Assembly (NCBI GenBank): GCA_000165425.1
Contig: CT868660.1
Span: forward strand, 62,001 to 126,000
From: Paramecium tetraurelia
Taxonomy: Eukaryota
Reading direction: 5' to 3'
Length of the DNA: 64,000 bases
Shown: piece by piece, positions 1-15,759 of the stretch
Layout: every line of letters begins with the position of its first letter
How positions within the stretch are numbered: the first letter of the stretch is position 1
Program-made: the position numbers and the translations under genes
Notes under the pieces: generated by a model
Databases searched by the model: none
The model's input: only the letters and a program-made list of their open reading frames with translations
What the model was told of the DNA's origin: nothing

Positions 1-800
1 CCTAATAAAACTATGGGTTTGATTGCACATCCTGAAAAGATTGTTGATTTATCATCAACTTAAGATGGTAAATTATTTTTTACTTCTGGTGGTGATGACT
101 TTGCAATTAATATTTGGAGTGTAGATTTTGCTGCTTTAGAAGATAATTTTTAAACACAAGAAACAGAATATGAAATATTTTCAAATTTATTAGACGGAGG
201 ACCTGAAGGACAGACCTTAAGAGATTTGAAAGACTTCTTTTATTATAGTCAGATCAGATCAAAGGATGAACATACTACTAAGGCTAGAAAATTAGATGGT
301 CTAGTACCATTGACTGCTATTGCTGATATGATGAGATCTATGGGATACTTCCCAACAAATTAAGAAATTGAAAATATGATAAATGAGATCAAGTTTTCAA
401 AATATCTTGAAACAGGTGAACAAATTTCAGAATTGGAAATTAATACATTTCTTAAATTGTATGTTAATCATAAACCTGTTAATGGAGTCACTAAAGGTTA
501 AATATATGATGCATTAAAGACACTTGCTACTGACACTGGAGTGATACCTTGGGATTAATTTACTGAGTTATTGAAAACAAAGGGTGAAAAATTAGATGAA
601 CAAGAAATTGAATGTAATATAAATATTCTATTATAGATTATTTGGAATCATTGTTGCCAAACAAAAATTATCCATAGCAATTAAATTTGAATAATCTTTG
701 TGATGAATTGCTAGGTTTTGAAGATATGGATGGTACTTAAGAATAATAGGAGTAATAAGAAGAAGTTTAAGATGTTGGTTCTGAAGATGAATAGTAGTGA
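1..800 (+). CDS. CFAP251: WD40/EF-hand-like cilia protein CFAP251 (WDR66), 3' part; 5' end outside window
   Basis: Code-6 translation: PNKTMGLIAHP..LFFTSGGDDFAINIW..LLDGGPEGQTLRDLKDFFYYSQIRSKDEHTTKARKLDG..MRSMGYFPTNQEIENMINEIKFS..FLKLYVNHKP, typical of the CFAP251 C-terminus. Intron at ~614-637; TGA at 798-800. Confidence 0.85.
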
Positions 801-1384
801 AATTATATTTATTTTTATTCTAAATTTAAAATTAAATTAATGTGTTTCTATTTAACTTATATACATAAATAAAATAATGTATTTTTCAATAAAGTAATTC
901 AAATATTTAATTATTATTCTCAAAAAGTATATTTAATAGGGTTATTATAAATTATAAATCCAAATAAATTCATTTCTTTTATTATACACACAAATTTGGA
1001 TTCTTAAATGTATGTACATCTAATACGTTTATTGTATGAATTTATTGATTTAATTTCATACTCTATGGATAAAATTAGATGACAAAAAAAAAGAAAAAAT
1101 AAACCAAGTTCTTTGAGTTTTTGTGGCTAAATGAGAATATAATCAAACCATCATCATTTTATGTTTTGTGTAGAGGTATTCTTTGACAATTTATTAATAA
1201 TAACAATGTTTCAAATATGTTGATAGCCTATTGAGATTGAGGATAAAGATCATGATTGGAATATGAAAGTAATCATGGAGATGGAAATAGTACAAGATTT
1301 TAATAATAAAAAGTTTGCCAATACAAGCAATTAATTAGAAATAATGATTGTTAATTATTATATTTTTCAAATTCAAATTTTTCA

Positions 1385-4300
1385 ATGTATAAAGAAGAAG
1401 CAATTCCATTAATCACATATGATGCTTAAAATAGAAGTAATTAAATATTCAATACATAGCCTACCATTTGGCAGATGAGGCGGCAAAAATGATTAGATCT
1501 ATAAATAATCCCATTGCAATTATCTCAGTAGCAGGTTTGTACAGAACAGGGAAATCATACCTATTGAACAGAATAGTGCTCAATCGCGGCGATGGTTTCG
1601 GAGTTGGACCAACAGTAAATCCATGCACAAAAGGAATGTGGGTTTGGGGGACACCTATTACAGTGGGAAAGACTTCAATTTTGATAGTAGACTCAGAAGG
1701 TACAGGAGCCTTGAATGACTCAGATGTCAATCATGACACAAGGATATTTGCTCTTGCTGTTTTATTGGCTTCCTCATTTGTTTATAATTCAGTTGGAGCT
1801 ATAGATGAAGGAGCATTGGAATCATTGAGTTTTGTGGTCAATTTAACAAAATTCATATAATTGAGATCGAATGAAGAGCCAGACTCTGAGGAGTATGGAG
1901 AATTTATGCCTCAATTCTTTTGGGTGTTGAGAGATTTTTCATTGCAATTATTGGATAACAATGGAGACACACTGACAAGTCATCAGTATTTGGAGAGATC
2001 CTTAAAGGAATAACCAGGATTTTGTGATAGAGTAGAGGAAAAGAACAGAATAAGAAGATTATTGAGAACCTTCTTTCCTGAAAGAGAGTGTTTTACATTG
2101 GTAAGACCAGTGAATCATGAGAGTCAATTACAGTCACTTTAACATTTGGATCTCAAATAATTGAGACCAGAATTTTATGAGTAAGCAATATCTTTGAGGA
2201 AGATGTTGTTTTCTAAAGTGAAACCTAAGTAATTTAAAGGCAAAACTCTGACAGGGGGGATGTATGTCAATTTGATTGAGTATTTACATATATATATAAT
2301 TTAGATCTTATTTACAAGCCATGAATAGTGGATGTGTAGCCTCAATTGAGAGTTCATGGACATATGTATTTAGAGAAGAATGTAGAAAATTATAAGCAGA
2401 GGCATTCGATATATATGAAAAGCAAATTAAAGAAACATTGCTTTCTAAGCTCCCAACCACTCTTGAGGATGTTAAGACTTTGAATAAATTATGTAAGACC
2501 AAGGCAATTGCTCATATGGGGAATAATGCTGAAATAACTCCATATGTTAATGAGTTGAAACAAAAGATGAAGGGCAAATTTGAAAATCTTTTGGCCTTTA
2601 ATGAAACTGAATCTGTGGCTTTGTGCAAGTAGTATTTGGTTACACAGTTTGCTCCTATTGATTAAAAATTAAAAATGTCAGAATATAAAACGTATTCTGA
2701 ATTTGAAAAGGATTTAAAATTGTTCAATATCTTCTTGGAAGAACATGGTCCTAAGGTTGTTAGAAGAAAGCAAATGTTTGTGGAATTCATACAGAAGATG
2801 ACAAATGAAGGAGCTACATTCTTTGTTTAAAATACTTTATAGGATTTTGAAGGTTATAAGAAGTTTTCAGAAGAATAAATCAATAAATTACAAAACGGGT
2901 TTAACACTCTAAAATAAGATTCACAAAAATAAGTAGAGTAACAAAATTAACAAATCAAATAATTGAATTAATAGAATGCTGACATTAATCAAAAATATAA
3001 AACATAATGTGAAGAGTTGGAAAAATTGAAATAAAAAAACAGTTAAACTATTCAATAGATGAAAACACAATTTGAGAATGAATACAATAAATTGTAGAGT
3101 AGTTTTGATGAATTAAAATAGAAATGTTAGGTAGCTGAAGAAGAATTAAAAAATTCAGAGAGAGAATAATTTATTTTGTAAAGTGAATCTAAGAAGAAGG
3201 AAGCCTTGTTGGAATAGAAAATATCACACTTATAAAAATTGAATGATGAATTCAACAAAAAGGAGAAACAATATGATTCTTCTTTGATGACTTCCAAGAG
3301 TGAATTCTCTGTTAAATTGAGAGAGTTGACCACATCTTATGAACAAACTTTGAGTGAAGTAAGAGCTTAGAACTTGTAATTAAATGAAAAGTTATAGGAG
3401 ACTTCAGATTAATTGATGCAATTGGAAATCAAATATGAAAATTATTACTAAGTTCAAACTCACAAGGAGGAGAGTCAAAGCAATGCTATTAAGAAATTAA
3501 TGCAATCTTAATAAACCTTACAAGAACAAATTAATATCGAAATCACAAAGAACAAACAACTGCAGGATGAATTGTTATAAACTCAAATGCAAGTAGAATC
3601 TAATGAAGTGGGTGAACAATACAAATAGTAAGTTAAGTAATTGGAAATCAAATTATAAGAACAAAAGTAAATATAATTAAAGAGTGATGCAGTCTTGAAT
3701 CAATAGATTTAATTCTTGTAGATGGAATTAGAAGAAAAGAAAAATACTATTAATGATGTCAAAAAATCACATGAGTCAGCAATGTTAGCATTGGAGTAAT
3801 CACAAAATACCTAGAATCAATAATAATTGAATAAATCTATCATTGATTTGAAGGAATAACATATGATTGAAATTAGACAAGCAGAGTAAAATTCTTAATA
3901 GTTAAGAAAACAATTACAACAATAATTGGATCAATTGTAAGGAGAATTACAAGAAGCAGAAATGAGAGGAGATGTGTTCTTATAAGAAAAGAATAAATTG
4001 TAAGAAGAATTAAGTGAAAGCTATTAGGTTTAAGATGAATTGAAATAGAAGATCTAACAATAATAGAAGGAGATGGAATCAAATAAGTATACTCAATTCA
4101 GAGAGAAAGAATTGAGAATGAATTAAAGGATTAAATAATTAGAAGAGGAATTAAGTTAATGCAAATAACAACTCTAAAATATGGGTAATCTAGACAAGAA
4201 TAGTATAGAGTAATAAGTGAATGAATTAAGAAATTATTATGAAATGGAGAAGGATGTTTTGGAGAGAAGAATACATGAAGAAAGATAGAAGGCTGATTAG

Positions 4301-6294
4301 AAATATTAAATATTATTTGAAGAATAAGAGTAGAAGATGAGGGATGAACAATAATAATATGAAGAAGAGATAGAGACATTGAAAGATGAATTGAGAGATT
4401 TGGAAATCAATTTGACTACTTAATAATAATAATATGATAATGAAATAGAATTAAAGAATAAACAACTTAATTCTATGGAGAATATCTTGAATGAAACAAA
4501 AGAATAATTAGTCTAATTACAAAATACATTCTAAACTTAAGTTGAATAAAGAATTAACAATCTAAATGTAACTATCCAATCATTGGAAAGTCAATTAACT
4601 AATTAATAATAGAACAATCAATAATTAGTTAAGGAGAATCAATTAATGACTTAGAAAGTTGAAAACCTGGATGTCAAACTCTAATAAAAATTAAGTGAGT
4701 TCAAACAATTGAAGGAAGACTAAGAAAAGGAGAAGACTTAATTATAAGAGACATTACAAGATTTGAGAAGAAAATACACAGCAACTTGTGATGAATATTT
4801 AGAGAAGAAGATTAATTATGAGAAGGCTATAGCATTGAGTGCCTAACAAAATGAATTTTTTGCCAAGAAGGTAGAAGAATTGGAAAGACAGTTGGAGAGT
4901 TGCAATCTTAAATATGAAGAGAGAATCAAGATCTAGAAGTAGGAATGGACTTAAGAATTATCAGATAGATTATCAAAATTAAATGAAGAAAAGCAATTGA
5001 TTGAATCTAAAAGTACATAGCTTAAAAAACAATTGAGAGAAAAAGAAACTTAGTTTTTGAAGGCACAATAAGACTTAGAGAAAGAAACTGCTTTGTCAAC
5101 AGAAAAGATTGTATATTTAGAATAGAAATTAAGAGAACATGAATAACAAACATCTTCAGAGAATAGTAATGCTGCTATGTAATTGAAATAATTAAGAGAG
5201 TAATTTAGTTTACTAAAATATAAATCATCTTCAGATATCGAATAATTAAAATCGTAATTGACTAATCTCGAATTTGAGAAGTAAGAATTATAGGCCAATT
5301 ATGAGAAAGATAAGATTTTATGGGTAATATTATAATTTAATATTTTTAGTAAGGTAAAACATAATTCTTGGAATCATAAAGAGAATCATTGAAATAAGAA
5401 TTAGCTGATGCTATGAGGAAGTTTGAAACAACAATTCAAACATTGTAAAGATAGAGAAGTCTGGAGAGAAATGATCATAATCAAGATATCACAGAAATGT
5501 TGAATTAGATTGAGAGAAAGTATTAAGATTAAGTGAAAGATATTTAACAATAACATTAAAAGAAATGTGATGATTATTAAGAAAGAATTGAGAGATTGGA
5601 AAAAGAACTTAAGTAATCTTAAAGTAAAGAATTGCTGGATTAATAATCAAAGATTGGATAACAATTTGAGAGAAAGACAGCAGAATTGTTGGAGAATGAA
5701 AAGAGACTATTAAGTACAATTGAAGAATTGAAATAGGAAAGAGATCAACGAATACTTGAACATCATGAAGAAGTGGAATAAGAGAAGGAGTATTGGAGAA
5801 ATAAAATCAATGAATTAGAAGAAAGATAGAGAGAATCAGATAAAAAATAATCATAACTTATCTTTTATCATGAAAAGGAAAGAGCTAAATGGAGTTAAGA
5901 AAAGGATTATATTATGTAATAGAAGATGGAATTGTAAGATTAATTATCCAGATTGGAGAAAAAGAAAGAATTATTACTCAAAGAAAATGAGAAAATGAAG
6001 AATTCTTCAAAGAGTCTCAGAAAATATAATCCTAATCAGACTCTTAATAATAGTTATTTAAACAAATAAGCAAGTGATAAGAAGATACCTTCATAGGTAA
6101 ATATTTATACTAATAAAATTTAGGAAGTAGTTAATATGAGTTATGATGTTACTAAATCATTGGAGGATAAGGATCCAAGTGCAAAGGAGAACCTATCTAC
6201 ATCAACCACTTTTGGTAGTTTCAAAAAGTATTATTAAATGATGAACTCTAAATAAGTCAGTCCAAGTAAAACTAAAGAAATTTCAGATATTTGA
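1385..6294 (+). CDS. Guanylate-binding protein (GBP/atlastin-like GTPase) with very long Q/E/K-rich coiled-coil tail (~1,600 aa)
   Basis: G1 VAGLYRTGKSYLLN, CTKGMWVW, G3 VDSEG, FWVLRDF, RECFTLVRP. Then >1,000 aa of coiled-coil. Small introns near 1437, 2280, 5324, 6097; TGA at 6292-6294. Confidence 0.9.
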
Positions 6295-6322
6295 TAAAAT
6301 TAATATATATAACACAAGAAAC

Positions 6323-7930
6323 TCAAATTTATGTAGACCATTATTATCTTAGTGAATTCTCATAAAGTGATCTTTTTAATATATTATTAGCAAATCCTAC
6401 ATCCACACAATATTGCTTTTGTCTATCAATAATGCATTAGCCTAAGGCTGCATCATATAACGAAATAATAAATTTATCAATCTGTCTTGGAGAGAAATCT
6501 TCCATTTGTTTTGCCAAAGATAAGATTTCATCCTCTGACAGATTGAAATTTACTTTAAATCGTTTTGAAAATGCTTTGGCTGGATTTAAAATCAAGGAAA
6601 GCATGTTACTCTTTTAGAATGTATCTTCAAATCCCTTCTTTAATAATTTAACTCTTTGTTCTTCATTCAAATAATCAAATTTAACAATTTAATCTATTCT
6701 ATCCAAAATGGCTTCATCCAATTTATTTGGTAAATTGGTTGCCAAGATTAAAGAATATTTCTTTGAAGCTGCAGAAGTCTAAGCTAAAAAGGTGGATAAG
6801 GCAGCCGATGTTTACTTTGAAGAGCTTCTTTTATAAAAAATAGCCTCAGCTTCATCAATAAATATAAGCGTTCCTTTAGGAGTAGATTAACACCAAGCAA
6901 ATAATTTATCGATCTCAGGGACAGCCTATTCTCCTAATTTTTCTATGTCGCCGCCTGATATTATAGCAAAATGCAATCCTGAATTGTAAGCAAGCAATTT
7001 GGCAAATAGAGTTTTACCTGTTCCTGGTTGACCATGAAATAATAGATTTCTCAAAGGAGCTGATTAACTTTATTTAGCAATGAATCCAGATGTAATCAAT
7101 TTCAGAGTGACTTCCAATTCAGGATTTAAAACGATTTTATCGAATATTCGTTTTGAACTAGGCATCATCCATTTTAATGAGCGACGAGAAGTTTCTCTGA
7201 CTAAAGTAGGTTTTGTTAGCATAGCCTCCAATCTCTTAAATCCAAGTCCTAAACTGTACTTACTGAAGAAAAAGGCTCCACTCACAAATAACATAACTTT
7301 CGCTATGGTAAAGAGACCTTAAGGATTCTATTGCAAATATTTGAATCCCTCTTAGAATTTAGCAAAGTAAAGATTATGCAGTTCTATTTTAGCCTATTTT
7401 TCTATCTAAGCCTTCTTCTCTTATTCTTAAATAATTAAATCAAAGTTCTTTCTATAATTCTCAGCGTTTAGCTTGGCTTATAAAGTGATTTTTTTTTCCT
7501 CTAATTCAAATTATTTCTTCATCTGCATTGTTAATGTTTCTCTCCTCATATTTTCTTATCTTCTAATTGATTCTTCAGCTTCTTCTCTCATTCTTTAGGC
7601 AGTCAATTCTTTGTCTTTCAATTTGTCTTTGGTTCTATCTCTTTCCAATTTATCATTATAATCCGCAATCTATTGATTAACCTATTTTTGATGATCCATA
7701 TTTCTCCTTCTTTCTTCTCCTTCAACTTTGACCTTTGAAATCTCGTGTTATTTCTGCAGTGCTTGTTTATCTGCCCTTTTGGCTTCTTCAGTCTTAATCA
7801 TGGCTTCAAGGGCTTTTGCTGCATGAGGTGACTAATTCAGCTCACGTAAGGCCTCAAATAATACTTTAATAAGAAATACTTGAGCTGCTCTTTCTAAGGC
7901 TGTTGGATCAAAGACTCCTTAATTCTTCAT
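6323..7930 (-). CDS. ATAD3: ATAD3-like mitochondrial AAA+ ATPase
   Basis: N-terminus [22 protein letters not shown] (ATAD3 hallmark), [12 protein letters not shown], Walker [14 protein letters not shown], Walker [20 protein letters not shown]. Confidence 0.9.
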
Positions 7931-8185
7931 AATTAAATTTAATTATTTATGAATTGTGTAAATTATAAATACAAAATTAGAAAATCCTGATCAGATGAAA
8001 TCAATGATGATAGAAATAACCAATAATTATCATATTAAGATTATTGTCATACATCGTAATTATCTACTCCTTAATATAGGATCTACATTAAATAAGCAAT
8101 TGCAATTGGGAAGTATTTGATTATTAAATTAATTTTATCTTAATTTGGACTATTAAATTATTGAATATAAAATTAATTTATTAAA

Positions 8186-9916
<1,731 letters not shown>

Positions 9917-9999
9917 TAATTATGTTAAAAAAAGAATTATGTTTAATATAATAAGGTTTTTAAATATTTAATGATAAAATGTAAGTATCTTTATATATT

Positions 10000-10803
10000 T
10001 TGTTATTCATACATCCTAGCATGATTTCCAAATTACTTTCAAGATTTCTAGAAATTAAGATGATTTATCTGATTTCCTTCTCTTTTCTATAGCTTTTATT
10101 CCTAATTCCATCATAAGGAACTCTTTATTTCTCTTAAATTTAGTCTAGTGCTCTCCCTAAACTTCTTTGTGATTAAATCCTCAACAATAACATAAATATT
10201 GGTATATTCTCTTTAGCCTAGATCGAAATTTCATTATATTCACTTGACTACTGTTTCTAAGCATAAATCAATAAATTTGACTCTTTTACCCTCCTTCAAA
10301 CATTCTTAGATCTTATTAATTCCATATTTCTATTATTCAAAAAGTTGAGACAACATATCATTTTTTTAGTAATAACCATCATTTTTTCTATTTTTCTTAC
10401 GATCAAACCTCAAAATATTGTAATTAGCAGAATGCAGATACTCTTATATATATATTTCAAATTCAGAAATGCAAACGACGATACAAATATACATATATAA
10501 TTATAAATTTAGTAAAGTACAGACACAAAGTTTTTATTCTCATTCAAAATTTTTTGTTTGAACTTAGGCAAACTTTTTAGTCAGATAAGAATTCCATGAA
10601 TAAAGTTTCTCAGTTAACAATAGAACCTCAGATGTTTTCCGTATTCTCTGTGTAGTTTAAAGGGAGCATGCTCTTCTTGTATTGTTAGTCGTTAATGGTG
10701 ATGTGAATATAGTCTTAATTTCAGTTTCCTCATCTTCAGGCACTGGTGATATATCTCCAAAACTCTACAGTGTTGATAATGGGGATTGATCATGTTTCTA
10801 CAT
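10000..10803 (-). pseudogene. Hypothetical gene, apparently broken (frameshift and early TGA)
   Basis: Coding-like start MQKHDQSPLSTLQSFGDISPVPEDEETEIK closes at a TGA after ~74 codons. Coding-like text continues in other frames. No family recognised; 3' boundary approximate. Confidence 0.3.
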
Positions 10804-11470
10804 TTCAATCTATAAATAATTAAAAAAAAATATTAAAATATTAATGATATATTGAATCTTGTATCTATTAATTACGCTATCAAAAGACCAAACTATTTTC
10901 TTAAATAATATATGTGTTTTATCTAAATTTAAAAAAGTTCAGTTTTTATAATTGAATGATTTTCCACTTACGATATTATATGTTTTATTCAGATTTCTAT
11001 CAATTTCATAAATCATATAACGAAAATGATTAATTATCAATCAAAATAAAATGCTTCTACAAATGGTTTCATAAAAGTCAAAATTTATTTCAAGATTATA
11101 TTTTATTTTTTCTCATTAATACCTTATAGAATAATTTCCAAAATTTCTTGAATTTAATATACAAAATAAATATATGTATTTTTAATATAATTGAACTCAC
11201 TTATTATTTATGCCAAATATTTGATTTAATGATATGAGATATAAAGACTTCTATAAGTAAGTTATTATAACATTATCATTAAATGAAATGGGTATAAATA
11301 AGATATAAATCTAAAAAATGTACATAAAAATATTTTTAAAAGTTTATATCCACTGATTTTATATTATATTGACTTCTCCTTTTAATTACCAAAATTCCTT
11401 TATTAGGAATGACTAATGTCTTGAAAAGAGATTAATTATTTTGTTACTTGATATAAATTTAATTAATAGT

Positions 11471-12961
11471 ATGAGAATAATCAGTTTCAAAGGATAGGAA
11501 TTGTGGATTTCGATTCTCGCCACCATAAATTTTATTGGTTTAGGTGTCTTTTCAAATTAACATTTAAAGCTCATTTGTTTTTATTGGATTTAGAAGGCAT
11601 AATTTGATCAAATATTTCTTTTTATAGGATCTATCATTTTTGGTTTTATATTGGGAACAAGGATGTATAAGTAAGCAACAAGTTTTAATAAGTAGTTGTA
11701 TTAAGCATCTTTCAAGTTTGATGATATACTTAATTTCTGATATTACATTTATTTTGGTTACAACTGGATATTCATTATATATATATTTAGAAACCAATAA
11801 ATACTATTTGGAGTACAATAATTCTGATGAATAATTAGAAATCCCTAAATTTCTTGATATTATTTTACTATCATTCTAGATGTTGATTGGGATAAGTATA
11901 AGTTTAAATTTTATTCACACAATGTGCTTCCTGAAAGTAAATAGTAATGAATTTTCTTTCCTCTTTATTCCAGCTTTCTTATCTACTGGAATATTTATTA
12001 ACCTGGTTATTGGTGAGATTTATTTTTGGGATTATGGATATTATGAAATACCAACTAAATTTTAGATTTAAGTATCTATTCAAACTACTAACATTACCAG
12101 TTATATTTTCTAAATTTTTCCAATTTTGGTACGAATATGTGGGTCTTCTCTTTTGGCTAAATAAGAAACAGTTCGATAATCAGAAAATAAAAATAAAGTC
12201 CACATTATGGACGATATTGATGAAGATAAAAAACTAAAAGTTTTAAAGAGTTACTTTACTTAATATTATTAGATTATATTTCTAATTATATTAACAACAT
12301 TTTCTGGATCTTAAATTACTCAATCCTATTTAAATATTTCCAACAAATACTTTTATTTCTATTCTAAATTGAATAATTAGTACTAATTTTATGAATATTT
12401 TTATGTAGCATTTTCGTGCTACTACTGCTATTAGGGATATTAGATTTTTATTGGCTTTGGAAATTTGCTAATAGTTATTTGCATCTTGTTGTTTCAGAAG
12501 TACATTTAAGTTAAGAAATATTTATCCATCTCTATTGGAGTATTATGTCTAGGTTTAGGCTTTGCTCTACATAGTGATTTCTGTGTTACTTACTATCTTA
12601 TTTCATTTGGACATTAATTGGGATTGGGAACACTTCTTTATAAGATAATTCCAACAACATTGCCATAAAGTTCAATGATTTAATGTTTCAGTATATAATT
12701 CATAACATAATTTGTGGAAGTTTGTATCTTAAGCGTTATATATAAATTAAGAGTATCAAATTCACCTGATGTCTGTTCAAATATTTCATAAATCTTTAGG
12801 ATTTATTTTTATTTGAATTTACTCGGAATTGCTTTTCTCTTGTTTTATTGGAAAGTGTAAAATTAAAATATACTTTATAGGAACCAAAAGTAAAGGAATA
12901 AAAGGAGGAGATATAAATCATGCTAGTTGAAACCAAGAATAATGTGGAAGAAGAATAATGA
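11471..12961 (+). pseudogene. Divergent MFS sugar-porter-like membrane protein, probably disrupted
   Basis: Many hydrophobic segments: FIGSIIFGFILG, ILTTFSGSQI (TM7-like), SFGHQLGLGTLLYKIIPTTLP (resembles the GLGPIPW..EIFP motif). The segments lie in different frames and I could not join them with clean introns. Confidence 0.4.
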
Positions 12962-13122
12962 AATTAATATTATTACATCATAATTTAGTATTTAAAATGG
13001 TATTCTTTTGCTATGCTTCTGAATAACTTGATTTCAATATTATTGTAAAAGAATTGGAAAATGATTTATCTGCGCTTATTAATGAAAATTTAATCTGAAT
13101 AAATTAATTCATAAATAAAAAA

Positions 13123-14285
13123 ATGTTTTCTGTCATTGTCACAATTATACATCTGTTGACAACTCTAATTTCTATCATTTATGTTAGTAAAGGATTAAAG
13201 AAATTTAATTCTCCTTTATATAAGAATATAGATATCCCTGAAAGATTTAAGCCATTCAGAAGGACAGATAGAGATAATTGGAATAGATATGAAATGTACC
13301 TGTGCAGTATCATTTTATTCCCATTGAGATTGCTAATGAGCTTTGTAATATTGATATCTTTCATTATTACAATGTTTGTAGCTACCATTGGTAGAAATTT
13401 AAAATTTATATTTAGGTTTTAAACTGAAAAATCCTTGGCCAGAATCTAAATTGAAAGCTTTTAAACCAATACTATAATTCCTTGGAAAGGCATATCTTTG
13501 GGCTAATGGATTTATTTATATAAAGGAAAAAACTTTAAGGTAAAATATTATGAACAATTATTTATCATAGATTTGAAGATTTTATTCCTGGTTACTAGAG
13601 AACAGAATTAAGTAAAGGATAACCTTCGATTATTATTTCAAATCATTCTAGTTGGTATGATACCATTACTTATGTTTATAAATATTTGCCATCATATATG
13701 TCGAAAGTGTCAGTCAGCAAATACCCATTATTTGGATGGATAACAACATCATTAAAGTCAATTTATGTTGATAGAGAAAGTGAATAAAGTCGACATCAAT
13801 GTGTTGCAGATCTATCTGAAAGAGTCAGATAGATTAATTAAGGCGAATTGTTTCCACCTGTAATCATATTTCCAGAAGGCACGACTACTAATGGAGAGTG
13901 TTTAATTCCCTTTAAAAGAGGAGCATTTGATCCATTATTGCCTTTGAAAATCTGCTGTCTCAAGTATTCTAAGAGAAGATTTCATCCAGTTATGGACGTT
14001 ATAGGAATTGGTTACATGACACTTTTTTCTTTGAATCAACTTGCTAATGAAGTAGAAATAATTGAATTCGAAGGTCTATTCGATCCTACCTATCTTAATT
14101 TACAATAATATCCAGAAGACAAAAGAGTATGATTGATAATTTATAATAATTAGTGGGAGATATATGCAAATGCATGCAGGGAACTTATGGCCAAAGCTCT
14201 TGGTATCAGGTTGATTGAAGCTACTTATAGAGATGGAGTAGAATATCAAAATAAATATCTCAAAGGTAAATTAAAATAAGAATGA
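13123..14285 (+). CDS. Lysophospholipid acyltransferase (LPCAT/LPEAT-like, PlsC family)
   Basis: N-terminal TM segments, IISNHSSWYD (HxxxxD), SIYVDR, IIFPEGTTTNG, FKRGAF. Three short introns; TGA at 14283-14285. Confidence 0.92.
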
Positions 14286-14306
14286 AAATTATATAAATAT
14301 AATAAT

Positions 14307-15224
14307 ATGAGTAATTTTAAAAGAAATGATAATTCTAAAAAGGAAGATCCTAACAAAGCCTATTTTGGTCATCCTGAATTAGATGCCTTATTGGGAAATA
14401 CACTATTAAAAGGATAAATCATTTTTATAGAGTAAGATTCACCAACAACCATCTATAAATAATTGTTGAGATACTGTATTGGCAATTCATTTCATAAAAA
14501 TCATGTTTCAATCTTATTTGACCAATTCTGTGAATAATGGTCAAAAATAGTGCCTAAAAAATAAGTTGAGAATTAATCTCAATAAGAAGAAAAAGAAATG
14601 TAAAACAAGATTGCTTGGAGATATAATTAAATGTAATAACAATTCACAATTAAGAATATTGACTCCTCTATTTTTTATTTGGATTTATCCAAATCAGAAA
14701 CTGAACAGACAGTTGAAAATCACTTAAAACTCAATAATTATGATGAAATAAATAACTTATAATAATTCTTGCAAATTATTACTAAATAATATTAGAAATC
14801 ATTAAAAACAAGTACAGATTCTACTCTTAAAAAATTAATTATTCATGATTTTTGGGACAAGATACCTTATAATCAATAAGAACTCTATTAATTTTTATAT
14901 TCTTTGAAAGTGCTCATTCGATCCTCATTTATTTTGTGTGTAATAACTCTTCCAGAAAGAAGAATGGATTTGATGCAATTTTGTGATTTTTACATTACTA
15001 TCACATAACTATTCGGAAATAAAGAGTTCTCTGAATTCCAAGGAATGATTAAATTTGACAAAATAGGATGGAGCGGTTCAAATAAGTAAGTTTAATTAGA
15101 TAATGATAAATGGGGAATCAAAATCACATAAAAGTCTTTGAAAATAGAGTAATTATATGAAACTGCCATAGAGGATGATTCAGAAGAAGAATAAAATAAG
15201 AAGAACAAGATTGAGTAATTTTGA
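14307..15224 (+). CDS. ELP4: Elongator complex protein 4 (PAXNEB, RecA-like fold)
   Basis: FGHPELDALLGNTLLKGQIIFIEQD (cf. STG..LD..LG.G..LIEED), LLRY, hallmark KIAWRY, YLDLSK, QFLYSLKVLIRS, and C-terminal WGIK..KSLKIEQL. Apparently intronless. Confidence 0.8.
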
Positions 15225-15292
15225 TGTTTCAATAAATTATGAGGATGAAAAATATACGTATATTTAGTAATTTAATAAGTAAATGTTATTTG

Positions 15293-15703
15293 TCAAGTAA
15301 ATTTTAAAGACTTTGATCTTAAATGCTTGCAAAAGGGTCTCTATATCAATTCTAAATTACTAATTGACATCTCTAAGTTAGTATGCTTAATTGACATTGA
15401 TTTTCGTTAGATATTTTATTTTAATACTTTCTATTTTGGCATGCTTCTATATTAATAATCTGAGTCACTGTCATAAAGTTTTGGATCATTTACATCTATA
15501 TTGATGAATAAATATTTCAGATTCTTTCTTGGGTTAGTTAATTTAATTGGATTGTTATAATGCCTTTTTTTTTCTGGACATAATTTTTTTAAGACACAAG
15601 CGTTTCTTATTTTATATTAACCAGTAATAGTCATTTGCGGAATATTGAAATCAAAAAGGCTTGATCCTAACACTGGAGTTTATGATCTATATTATTGTTT
15701 CAT
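15293..15703 (-). CDS. Hypothetical basic protein (~136 aa)
   Basis: Open code-6 ORF from MKQQYRSQTPVLGSSLFDF to RSKSLKFT*. No family recognised. Confidence 0.45.
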
Positions 15704-15759
15704 TTATCAAACAGTATGTTATTAATTTTATTTATACTTAATTTCTAATAAATAAATTA

